Assembly: GCA_003971905.1 (NCBI GenBank)
Contig: RSEE01000100.1
Span: 1-64,000, forward strand
Direction of reading: 5' to 3'
DNA length: 64,000 bases
Source: Moniliella sp. 'wahieum'
Taxonomy: Eukaryota
Shown: piece by piece, positions 49,223 through 61,417 of the stretch
How positions within the stretch are numbered: the first letter of the stretch is position 1
How the letters are laid out: each line of letters begins with the position of its first letter
Position numbers and translations under genes: made by a program
Notes under the pieces: model-generated
Database searches by the model: none
Told to the model about the DNA's origin: nothing
The model's input: the letters and a program-made list of their open reading frames with translations, nothing else

Positions 49223-50745
49223 TTAACGGTCCACCTCGCCGAACACCAAGTCCATCGTCCCGATGATGGCCACCATATCAGCGACATCGTGGTGACGGGA
49301 AATCATATCAGCACCAGCCAGATGAAGGAACCCAGGGGCGCGAATTCGGCAGCGGTAGGGCCGGTTGGTGCCATCCGAGACAAGATAGACGCCCATCTCC
49401 CCCTTAGGCGCTTCGATCGCCGCATACGTCTCACCCGGAGGGACATTGAAGTTTTGCGAGAAGAACTTGAAGTGGTGAATCAGGCTCTCCATACTTTCCT
49501 TCATGTTAGCACGCGGGGGGGCAGTGAGTTTGTGGTCATCCACCTTGACTTGCCCGGGGGGCATCTTGTTGATGCACTGCTCAATGATCCGCAGCGACTG
49601 CCGCATCTCCTCCACCCGGCACAGATAGCGGTCAAAGCAGTCGCCATTCTTGCCGACCGGTACCTCAAAGTCCACCTCATCAAACTTTTCATACGGCTGG
49701 CTCTTGCGAAGGTCCCATGGAATGCCGCTCCCGCGCAGCATGGGCCCACTAAAGCCATAGTTCAATGCCTGATCCGCCGTGACCCGACCAATGCCCACCG
49801 TACGCAGCTGCCAGATCCGGTTGCCCGTCACCACCTCTTCCACTTCGTCCAGGCGCGAGCTAAACTGCGATGCCCAGACATGAATGTCGTCCAGCAGACC
49901 AACCGGGAGGTCAAATGCGACGCCACCAGGCCGGAAGTAGGCAGCGTGCAAGCGAGCGCCGCAAACCCGCTCATAAAACTCCATGAGCTTCTCACGTTCC
50001 TCAAACCCCCACAAGAATGGTGTCAGACCACCAACGTCCATCACGTGGGACAGGACCGCCATCAAGTGATTGTTCAGTCGTGAAATTTCCGAGTAGAGGG
50101 TGCGAATCCACTTGGCCCGCTCCGGCACCTCAATGTTGAGCAACTTCTCCACCGCCCGGACGTAGCACAACTCGTTGGTCATGGCCGACGAGTAATCCAG
50201 ACGATCAAAGTAGGGCATAGCTTGGGTGTAGTTCTTGTACTCGATCAGTTTCTCTGTCCCGCGGTGCAACAGCCCAACGTGCGGGTCAGCACGCAGAATC
50301 TCCTCTCCGTTGAGCTCGAGGGAGGATGAGACGCAAGACACCGTGCGCAGCCGGGTGCTGAGGACCAAAGTTGATGGTAAAGTGGCGCATGTTGGCCTCT
50401 TTGCGCGAACTGGCCTCCTTGTAGATCGCATTCGACATCTCGATCGACGCGCGCAGTACGATCCGGTCGCCGTACGGGTCGTGCTCGACCTTCGTAGGGG
50501 TGGTGATGACGGGAATCCGCTTGTCAAAGAACCCATGTTCCAGACGATGCGGGTTGGCACTGCCGGGGGGGACCTCGTACTTGGGCAGGTTCCTCGCCGT
50601 TGGCGTTGGCGTGGGCGTTGGCGTTGGCGTTGGCGGCGCGGACGGACGAGGAGAAGCTGGGGGGGCACCGAGGCGGGCAGAGGCAAAGGGACCGCGGACC
50701 GGGGCAGCCGCACGCAGCCGCGCCGGCGAGCAGGTGGGGGCGCAT
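49223..50745 (-). CDS. NDUFS2: NADH:ubiquinone oxidoreductase 49-kDa subunit (NuoD/Nad7 homolog), nuclear-encoded with a presequence
   Basis: [81 protein letters not shown]. Indel near 50320; start approximate (alternative ATG at 50888). Confidence 0.97.
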
Positions 50746-52550
50746 GGGCAGCGGCAAGAGACGGGCGGACGCGGTGGGGAGGTGGAGGGGCTGGCTTGCC
50801 TGTGGACTGGGGACTGGGGCTGGCGCAGGGACGGGGCGGCGCCGCTTGCTTGTGCTCGCACGCCCATCGAGCGGCGCTGCATCGGCATGGCTGCCCAGGT
50901 GAACATTCAATCCCCTCGCATCCTCTGTGCGCAGAGCAATCCTCCCACTGGCTCCGCGCCCGCCAGATTATTAATGGCACCCGGCAAGTCCGCCCCCTCC
51001 AATTCCGCCCCATTGCGTCTCTGCACCAGCCCCCTCATGCATCATGCATCAACTATCAACTTCCGACCATCCCGCTCCACACACGCACAAGACCGCATCA
51101 TTCTCCCACACAGTCACGAGCCGCGCGGTCATGGAAATACGCCATGATCAAGCTTTAGTACCCTTAGCCGCGTTCTAACCGGACCCGACTTGTAGCGTTT
51201 TGTTATTGCTTTTCCAAACGTACTTAGCCTTGCAGAGCCAGTGTCTGCTGCAACTGCGCCTCTGTTTCCCTTGCTGCATGGCTCGCAGCAGGGAAAACGG
51301 CCATGAGGGAGGTGGGGTTGGCTTCCACCCTGGCTGCGCTTCTGCCATCAGGAAATGCATGGCCACACTCAGAGCTTACGGAGCCTAGAGACCATCAATC
51401 GACTGCACCCGCGAGGTTACTCGACGGCCGCTATGTCCTCCTCTGACTTGCGTGTGGCTGTTCAAACCCCTCGCCTTTTTACTCGTCCTGCAGTGAAGGA
51501 ACCTCGCTTTGGATGTCAATTACATTCGTTCGGGCTGTAGAATGGATACCTATAATCCAGAGAGACGAGAGGCAATCGCATGGTAAACAGCGCATGATGT
51601 GTGTAAGGGAGACAAGGGATTCAAGGAAGATCTATAACAACGTCATATATACAGGCCCCGTATATGTGTGACCCCCGTCACTCCCACAGGTCGACTTGAA
51701 GCCTTTGTGACGGATCACACACACATTCCCACAGGATGTGGGTATGATCCTTGTTCTAGATCTTCCTTGCCCCCTTTTGTGTCTCTCTTTCCCTCATCAC
51801 GCGTGGTCTACCGTGTGATAGCTTCTCCTTCTCCTCTGGTATATAAGGCACCATTTCCATGCAGCCTGAATGAATACCTGTCGGCATCCGAAGCAATCTC
51901 CCTCTTACACTTTGGGCCTTGATAGGGTCCAGACGGAATTGGCGAGGCTCTGGTAGCTTCCAACACCACCCGCCTTAGTTTATTTGTATATGATGCCCTC
52001 GGCGCCATCGCCGGTACCTTCTCTCCCGAGCTTTTCCACCCCATTCTCCCAGAGCTTTTGGAACACTCAGCCTCACAGTGGTCCTCTCTCTCGACCGTTC
52101 CTGTGCCCCCTCACGCTCCCACGCCCTATAGAGAGTACACTATGTGCACTTGCACCAAACCATACTGCAAAAGTCCAATGTGCCCGAGTCCCCCACAGCT
52201 TCGCGTAGTCCTGATTTACCCGGACCTCAATCTCGTTTCGGCTGTTCATACACAGCCAATATAAGGACCCTCTGCTTTTCCCCACAGCAACTCGAAGCAC
52301 AACCACTGACGTTCTACGGTACGGTCCCTCCTCTGGTTGGCTCGCATCACCGGCCCTGACCTGCATTATGAAGTTCGCCGTCTTTGTCGGGACTCAGGGA
52401 GCGCGCGGTAGCAACTGTGGGTGGCACCTCAAAACTAATTGACCTCATCTCTTCATCGACCTTAATTGATAACCACAGAGAATATGGTTCCATCTTCCCC
52501 AGCCCTATTGCACGGGTCCGCATCACGTGCGCCACGAGCCACGCGCCCTA

Positions 52551-52606
52551 CATCATGCATCAGGCCTCAGGCTTGAAGCTTGAAGCTTGAAGTCTGAGAT
52601 CTGAAG
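52551..52606. repeat. Phased chain of eight NNTSANN heptamers (type example of the window-wide 7-bp arrays)
   Basis: CATCATG-CATCAGG-CCTCAGG-CTTGAAG-CTTGAAG-CTTGAAG-TCTGAGA-TCTGAAG. Confidence 0.9.
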
Positions 52607-55345
52607 CATCCATCTCAAGCTTCTTTCTACAGTGAGCCTATTAGTGGGCGGGGGAGTAAGGGCGAAGCTGGCAAGTCAGGTGTCATATAACGTCGCATCA
52701 GTCACATGTCAGAGTTCCACCTGCGTTGAAGCTTGAAGAGTGGCGAGACGCCAGTTAAAATTAACCCCGGATGAACGCTTCGCATCTTAGATCTTAGACA
52801 CCATCCATCATCCATCGGCATCACCCGTCAGACTCCCCCCCGCGCATCCCAGCAGCCAGACGTGTAAGACCGAGACCAAGTAACCTTCCAGCCAGAGCCT
52901 CACTACCATTTTGGTCGACCACAACAAGCCATCGGTGTTTTGTGCGTCCTCACTGGCAGCAGCTGTGGTATATCCTCTCGGCCTGTGGGCCAGCTGAGAT
53001 GCCCCACCATCAAGAGACTCACGTTGGTTGGAGGCGCTATTATATACCAGAGAAGAGGCCATCCGCACCCACCTCTCCTTTCTTTCTCCATCAGCGGTCC
53101 CTCCGATACCGTCGCTTCCGCTTACCCGCGCCCTCAACACCTCCACCGTACGTGCTGGTCTGGTCACTGTCGTTGGCGCCGTCGTCGTTCGACAGCTGGA
53201 CACAGCATCAACCCACTGGCTTAATATGCAGTACCCCGGCCGACTGTGTCTCTCTCCTCCAACTCGTTTCCGAACCAGACCCGCATCCTGCTCCTGAGTC
53301 ATAAGATCTCCCGCCTGCCGCTCCCACAGCCGATGACCTGGCTACCCTTGTCAGTGACGGTGAAGACACCACAACGAGCACGAGATGACCCCAGACACAA
53401 GCAGTTCGTTCTCTGGGACCCGCGCGGCTCTTCGGCCTGGTGGGTCCATCTGACTCTGACCCTAAAGAATTGGCTAGACGGAAGGGTCGTTGCCATGTCG
53501 GGTGCGGCAAAACGCAAGCGATATATAAATAGACACGTGGCTTCCCATCCGCCCGGGAGGCAATATCCATCTCGGCCAATTGAAGTGAGTCTGGGTCGCG
53601 AGGGTGGGGAGTGGCAAGAGCGGGAACGGTGGACAACGCACTGAGCGAGTCAGTCTGCAGCTTCACGCACTGGTCGGTATAATACACACCTATATATACA
53701 GACCCAGCGTCCCAGATCTCCATTGGTGATGGTGTGTGAGAACGTGCAGGATTGCCACCTCTCAGGCTTCACATACTCACACGTCTCAGATTCCATATCG
53801 GCCCCGCTTTCCCCATGGAGCGCACTCTCCTGGCTGCCATCGAGAAGTCGATCGTCGTTGTGCATGTGATGCCACGGGGACATGTCACTACTACAACAGC
53901 CCTGAACCGGCCTCTGACACGACATTCATGTGGAAACAAAAACAGTTAATACTCGGCCCTGAATCGAGTCGACGTTAATGCCCTCTCCCGTACCATCTCC
54001 CACGACCGAGACGCTGATGTCACCCAGTTTCTCCACGACGGCAATGATCTGATCCAGAACAGACTCGACTTCCTCTCGGTGGTGGGGAAGCGACCCATAT
54101 GCCGACCCAGCAAGAAGAGTGGGCATTCTCTCGTTCAAAGAGCCGCGGGCGCACACTGAGGCGCACAAGCACAAATTAAATTGAACGTAGGTGTCAGCGT
54201 CATCATGCATGCAGCTGATCACACATCACGCATCGCGCTGTTCTATCCGACTCTCCCCTATGTTCTGCCCCTAACGGGCTCCTCTCTTGGAATAGATCCA
54301 TCATCTCCTCTCTCTCCTTCTCTCCGCAGGCCTTTGTCCTCTCTTTAACAGTAGGAATGGGGACCGAGGAATTAAAAACCGGCCATACAACGGTCACTGG
54401 TGACACCAATCGCCGAAGACTATAGGTGCTATCGTAGGGCGTGGGAGTACACATGGCATCATTGTCACGGGGTCAGCATGTTGGAGCCCCACTGGGAGGA
54501 CTCCAAACAAGATATAGTGCCGTGGACCATGGTATACCCTCCATCCCAATGAGGAAAGGTGTGGGTGTGGGGGAGGGTGGGAGGGGTGAGAGGGGGAGAA
54601 GAGGAAGAAGAAGAACAAAAAAGAAAAAGAAGAAAAAGGAGAAGAAAAGGATCCATAACGATGAGATATCCACCACAAAACTGGTAATCTGCGAAGCCCC
54701 TTATCCTCCTCATCTAGAGGGGATCTAGGGCAGGGGATAGAATGAACAAGCGAAAAAAAGCAGAGGTCGAGAAGAAAAGACAACAGGAAAAGTGAAAGTG
54801 AAAGGAATGTGGTGCGCATGTTCCTCTGTCCAGCCTGGGATCGCGAGAAAACAGGAAAGCTTCAAGGGAGAGGGGGGAGGGGGGGGTGGGGAGGGGAGGG
54901 GAGGAGCGGGAACCGAGGTGCCCAAGTGGGGAAAGGTTCAGTTGAGCGGTAAGTAAGCGGAGGCGATGTTGAACGTTTCCAACAGGAAAATGACGAGGTG
55001 AAAAAGCACGGCTCTGCCGAATATTGATTGAGATAAACCATGCCACGTGTGCGGAAGCGAAAAAATGGAGCGAGATGGATGTCCAACCGGGACGGGGAAA
55101 GAGTGTGGGGCCTCCTTGTGTAAAAGGTCCAGTGCATTAATGCAGGCAAGGAGGCAGAGGCAAAGACTGAGGCGAGCAGTGGAGATGCAAACGAAGAGAG
55201 AAAGACTGGGAACTTGAGAAGGAGAGCGAGGCAAAAGAGAGAGAGAGGATCTTCATCTGGTTCTGCGAAGAGAATACCGATTCTGGCCATGCAGAAATGA
55301 TACACCAAGGGTAGGAAAGAAAAGAAAGTAACAGCAGAGACAAGG

Positions 55346-57354
55346 TCAGCCAGACCGATCGATACCATCGGTTCGAGGCGCTAGTCCATCAAGTCTACAG
55401 TCATCTGACCCGTCAAGGGCGTGCTGCCGCACCGAGGCTGCGCGCAAGACTTGACAGTACTTGCCCGACGGTAGCCATTCGAGGTAAAACGCTCGGTCTT
55501 GGGGCGAGACGGCTGACGTCTTGGGACAGATCGGCAATCAAGGAATGAGCCTGGGCTGGGATACAGACAAAGAGGCAAGATGGTGAACAAACTTGCTTAC
55601 CATTGCGCGTTCTTTGCGGTCCGTAGGCGCCGTACAGTGATCCAGACGGTCGGTAATCGTGACCTGCACTCCACGACGGTCGGAGCGCACCTTGGCTGCG
55701 ATCCGGGTACGACAGACACAGCGAGCGGACTTGGCGTTACGATGGCCTTTTCGTTGGTCGGGGAGGAATCCGAAGCGGGTTGCTCCCTGTGGCTGTTGGG
55801 GCTACAATGGGGCAGATTCGCGCGAACGACAACAGGTGAGACAGGACGAGTACTCAATATGCTCCTCCTGCTTACCCCGCTTGACCACCGTGCGTTCCCA
55901 AATTCGATCCGTCTTGAACGGTCCGGCTGAAACCAGCTCATCTTTGAGCTCGTCCCAGTCGGCCACGTCGGTCAGGAGAAAAGAAAGTTTGCGCGCGGAA
56001 CGAGAAGTGCAACGTTTGGGATCGCCTTGGCCTTGGGCGGCGGATTGTTGACCAGACGAAAGGGGGACGGCCTTATCAACCAACTGGGCCACCAGTTCCT
56101 TGGTCCAGCCTACCCTCACAGAGGGAATAGGGCCAAAAGCACGGTGCGTCCGGTTGAATGGGCAGACTCCTTCCCTAAGGACCCAGATGAGTGGGTACCC
56201 TGCCGGATAACGGGCGACGGTGTCCCGCTCTGCTCCACCTCAACCTCAATCTGAATGGAAGCTGACAGTCCAGATGAGGCAACGCGCAAGTCGTAATCCT
56301 TCCCTTTGTGTAGAAGCGGGAGCTTGTCGCTGATCCACAGCTGTTTTACAGGACGATGCATCTGTCAGCGCGTTCCAATCGGGGCGAGAAGGTGAATGGG
56401 TACATACGTCACTGTTGTGCTGCGTACTAGTGCCGGGTACGTAGATCTTGCTACTTCCTGAGGATTGAGCAAGGACAGAAGAACTGGTAAAGTCGGCTGC
56501 AACCGGCAACCCCCCAGCAGTTGTGGCGGTGGGCGTAGGAGGCAAACCTGCCCCCGTTCCCATCAGACGCGCCACTCCCACAGCCGCGACGGAGGGGGGA
56601 GGCATGCCCGACACTCCCAAGCCCATGGTGACCGTGGTGGGAGAGACAGAGGACGAGGAAGAGCCAACACTGCCGGACCGGAGTGGTTGAGGGTAGGGGC
56701 GAGAAGCGCTCCGATGCTGCCGAACGGGATGGGTTGACTCTTTCCCCGCGCCAGGGGAGGCAGGGTTGGGATGGAGAACGAGGTGACGGTATGTGGCAGC
56801 AGAGACAAGGGGTGGGGTGGGCTGTTTGGCAGCTTTGGGAAAAGCAGGGGCATCCGAGGAGGTGAAACTTGTGGCTGAGCCCGAGTGGTGCAGACGAAGA
56901 AGGCTGGTGCGTAAAGAGCTGTGGTGGGGCGACAGCACCGCAAGTTGTCAATGATGGGTCCACGATCCCGGGGCCTGGCTGCGATTGGTGGGGGGGTGAA
57001 CGAGGCTCCAGTCAAGGGCGGGGACACAGGCCATGGAGTGAGTGTGAAGGTATGAGAGGGCGAGAGGGAAGAAGGAGCTGAGACCAGCGGGGCCGGCCCA
57101 CTGGTAATATTGGCTAGGGGAGGGGGGTGGATGGACAACTGGCTGAGTCCGGAAAAGGGTGGAGCCGATGATAAAGGCGATGCGCTGGTCATGGGAGTGG
57201 CGGCAGTGACGGTGGTGGGTGGGTGGGCAAGCTCGGCCATGAAAGGCGCAGCTGTCGGCGCCAGAGAGAGGGCAGCGCTCGTGGCGGCCGCGTCGTTCGA
57301 GGACCAGAGCAAATCAGTGTCAGTGCGTGGCACGAACGGAAGGAGAGGGACCAT
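55346..57354 (-). CDS. Putative transcription factor: Ser/Pro-rich N-terminus plus a C-terminal FAR1/AFT/Rbf1 (WRKY-GCM1-like) zinc finger; frameshifted
   Basis: Reconstructed EYSSCLTCCRS...RKGHRNAKSARCVCRTRIAAKVRSDRRGVQVTITDRLDHC, GTAAGC donor at 55600, then SPQDRAFYLEWLPSG. Family assignment is by pattern only. Confidence 0.55.
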
Positions 57355-60300
57355 GACGCAGAGCCGTCAATCGTCCAGCGAATGGAAAGGCACGAGAGGC
57401 GATAAGAGGGAAGGCAGGATGGGAACGGGGCGGTGCAGCAAGGAGGGGATGGCGATGGCGATGGCGAGCTAGCTAGCTAGCGGCAATTTGGGCGTCGAGC
57501 GAGTGTTGCGATGAGCGTGGTGACGGGATGGGGGATGGCGGTGGGCGGGGGCGGGTGGGTGTGGAGGGAGGGGGGGTACGGGCCAGCCGTAGGTGCACCA
57601 GCCAGGAGAAGGTGGTAGGGAGCGAGAGGGGAAAGCAGGCAAGGGGCTGTGGAAGAAGGCGGCGGAAGTGACGTTGGCATATGAGAGAAGTCGAGACGGA
57701 GAGCGAAGCCTGGTCAAGCCTACTATGCAGGGCGTGCCGCTTCGGCTGATTCAATGGGTGGCGAATGGCTGCGCCTACGCCACTCGTCACTTGCAATGTG
57801 AGAGAGAGAGTGTGTAAGTCATCCACAATCACAATAGGCTGGCGGCACAGAGAGCAATCATGGAGTGGCGGCGCCAAGGTACGACGGCCATGGCGCCGGC
57901 TTGAGCGCAAAAAGCGCCTAAGCGGTGGAACAGGATGTGGCAGCCGCACGAGTAAGCTCCGTGCTGGGTGCTGAGGCTCAGCGCTGGGTGGCTCAGCCTC
58001 AACGCAACGCGCCCCGCTGCTCTCAGCGCGTGACTGGAGGGCGCCCGGGATCAGATCTCAGATCTCACAAGCCAGCAAGACAGCCGAGGCTCAGCCAAGC
58101 GCTCAGCGAGTGCCCAACCAACCCACCCACCCACAACCCAACCCGATTTACACCAGACGCACGGAAAGACAATTCAACGCAACCACCACACCCACCGAGT
58201 GGCACATCTATGCTCTCTGCACATACAGCCAACCAGCGTACCTCCCCACCTACCCCCCCTCTCCTGCTCGCGCCCTGTCAGCCCATTGCCGAGAGCGAGG
58301 GGGACAGAGCGGCGATGCGCCCGGCCATACGAAGAATACAAGGCCAGCAGACGAGGGGACGTTTTCGACGTGCAAATCCATGCCCCCCCCACCGCACCAG
58401 CTCAGTGCCGTGTGCCTGTCACCCCCCCACGCGTGCAGTGCCCTCCTGTGCCGCTGCCCGTGCCAACCGTACCAGGGCCCAATGTGGAGCAGCGCCGATC
58501 CGGCCTGGCCAACGCTATGTTCAGCACGGCAGACAGCTCTACCGCCGCGCAGCTTGTACAGCCCTCGACCGGGCGCCACCGGTGACCGCCACGTGTCACG
58601 CCTCCCGCGCCACAACGCACGCGGAATCTGTAACACTCGCCGTTGGAGTGCGTACTGCGTAGATTGGTGCGTGGCACTTAATACTTACTGGCTGGCCACC
58701 TGCACCCTTTTGTACTGCCCCGGTCGCAGAGCTCAGAGCTTAGAGCGTAGAGCGTGCATCTTAGAGCTCAGATCGCCCAGCGCTAAGCGCTAATTGCGCG
58801 AATTATTAATTAGCTCAGACCTCCTCAGACCTGCACCCGCGCGCAATCCACACGATCGGCATCATGCATCAGCCATCCTCCACAATCATCAATCAGGCGT
58901 CCGCGTCACCGGTCACCACCCCGACGACCTGGGTGCCCATACTAATGCTCCTCTACACGCCACGTCCAACGACGTCCACCCTGGGGCTGATCACGCTGAG
59001 TTCAGCGCTCAGCCTCAGCACTGAGGCACGCTGTGTGGAGGCAAACATATTGGTTCCGCACGTTCAACACGTTCAACCCATACACCTCTCCTGGTGGATC
59101 CTATCTGCCCCTGGCCGTCTATTTGGGGTACTCCGAATTGCTCTGCCGAAGGTTTTTTGTGGGTTTGTACGAGGAGGCCCCGTTCCGCCTTTGTTCAGAT
59201 TACCCTGTCCCCGTCCCGCGTCACGTTATGCAGCCTGTCTCGGACAACCATGAGTGCAAAAGGGTCGGGCGATGCGAGTGGAGTCAAAAGTACGAAGGGA
59301 AGCCAAGGATGCACTGGTCGAGCGAAGGAGAAAGGATCAGCGAAAAGCAGTGAGCTAGTGAGACCTGAGATTGAGATCTGAGAAGATGTACCTGATTAGC
59401 TAATAGGGCCGTGACAAGCAGGACAAAGGAGCTGAGGCCTGTTGTGTTGTGGCGACGTCCTGGTCCACTCGGCTACGAAGACCGCCATGGATGATGTGGC
59501 GTTTAGAACAGTAGCGTAGGCGACCGATTGCGGACGAGAGACAGACGTGGGTGGTAGGAAGCAGGACGCGAGGGCTATAGGAGAAGACTACTGATACTGA
59601 GCCCGCGGAGCCTCGCGGCTTGTGAGGCCTGAGGCCCTCACATTCTCACACCAGAAGTGCACCGCGATCGGTGAGGCGAGTCACCGTCACAACAGTGTGG
59701 CCTGGTGTGGCCTGCCGTCGCACCCCCCCAATTCGCATCCCAGTCCAAAGCGCGACCGACTCACGCCGGCCAGGGAAGAATGGGGCGGAACCGCTAGCGC
59801 GGGTTTGAATGTGGCAGCAAACCGGGGTGGCAACAAGTACGCATCTCCTCGCTCCGTCTGCGCCCGACCAAAGCGACTACGGGCGACTATGTCCGAAGAC
59901 TACCCAGCCCTATACCAGACCCTATCCAGCCCCACTCGCCGCCCGTTGCTTCCCTTCGCTGGTCTGTCTGTCTGTCCGGATGTACCATTCGAAGTCCCAA
60001 TAAGGTTAGGGCTTGGCGCTGACTTGGATGTAAAGTCCGACAGACGCACAGACACGCATTGGCGGGACGCGGCGGCTGTTCTGGTCCTTGTCGGCCACAG
60101 TGTCATCCTTGTCACATGTCTGTCACGTGACACTGCTATTTGGCCGGTGGGGAAGCGTGAGTACGTGTGACGTGTGTGAGACTCACTCACTCGGTTCTGA
60201 GTGCCAGTGGGGGGGAGGGAGCGGAGCAGAGGGGGCGCGCGGCCGGTGTTGATGTGGCATCGTTACTGCCCAGCTGCCGGCGCCACCGTTTCTCAAACGT

Positions 60301-60455
60301 CCCTCTCTGCGCGCCCCTCCACTTTGGCAGTACCGAGGACCACGACGACGGCGATTCAGAGGTGCTTTTTGTTGAAGGGTGCGGATGTTAAGGGCCCAAC
60401 GCCCAACAGCCAGCGGTCTGCAAGCCCAGGAATGCCCTCCCCATCGCAGCCACCA

Positions 60456-60512
60456 CTTCAAGCTTCAAGCTTCAAGCTTCAAGCTTCAAGTTGAAGCTTC
60501 AACGTTCAACCT
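60456..60512. repeat. (CTTCAAG)n heptamer array drifting into GTTCAAC
   Basis: AAGCTT-C four times, then AAGTT-G, AAGCTT-C, AACGTT-C, AACCTT-C. Confidence 0.9.
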
Positions 60513-61417
60513 TCCAGTTCAATCGTTTCCAGTGTCGCATACTAACTTCAAACCTCAAGTTTCAAGCTCTTCAAGTTGTTTATACGAATTCGGTGTTCTG
60601 GCAAGCCTCAGTTCCTCCTCCACAGTCGCTTCAAACCCCCGATTGGTTTCCATTGAATTGGAGGATCAGACCGATCAGGGCAGCAGCTGGCACGAGGCAC
60701 AGGCTGCTGCCCAAAGCGAGGCCAGATGCGCGCCCAGCACCCAGCGCCTAGGAACCACTCCTAGGAACTAGTACCTACTTGCGCTTGGTGGGCGTTTGAA
60801 CGCTGGCGCTGACCCTCATGTGTTGGCTGCGTGGGTTGGAGATGTCAATAAAAACCCCAGGCACATGTGCATGATGCATGACCTGCATGATGGTTCGATG
60901 TTTGCTGATGGGTGCTAATGCATAATGCGTAATGGATGATGGTCGATGGCGTTGATGGCGTTGATGGCTTGGGAGTGGTTGCGGGCAGTGCCCGACCCGT
61001 GTTCGTACGTAGTACTTGGTGGCACCAAGTGGCTGAAGCGTCGAGTGGAGCAAAGAAGAGGAGTAGGCGGTGCTGTGTGGATGCGAGAAGCGAGCAAGCA
61101 GCAGGCACGCCCAGCGGAATGGGTGCGCGCGGCGGAATGGCGTGGGAGCGAGCGAGTGGCGCGCAGAGATAGACTGGCGGCGGCGCTCGATAAGCACCGC
61201 CCCAGTGCGACGCACCGCGTGTGGCGTGGCGTCGCCCCCAAGCACAAGGCACAAAGCACACCGCGAGGCCGTGCTCCGGCGCCACATCACCCATGATCAC
61301 CCTCCATGCCCGTGCATCCTAGGTTGTGCGGACGCCTCCGTGTCTCAGATACCCCTCCCACGCGGGCAGTCGTCCGGTCGGTCGCCAGACGCTCCGCACC
61401 AGTCCAGTGTGCGCCCC

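Noticed and set aside
22229..50745. Frameshifts in the kinase, VPS54, SOD2, NDUFS2 and others read as pseudogenisation or programmed frameshifting
   Set aside because: They hit most genes, including core ones, often at homopolymers or short repeats, while conserved motifs stay intact on both sides. This pattern fits long-read indel errors; short-read polishing would settle it.
49223..50745. nuoD/nad7 as a bacterial transfer or mitochondrial insertion
   Set aside because: In fungi this subunit is normally nuclear; it has a presequence-like N-terminus and host-like GC.
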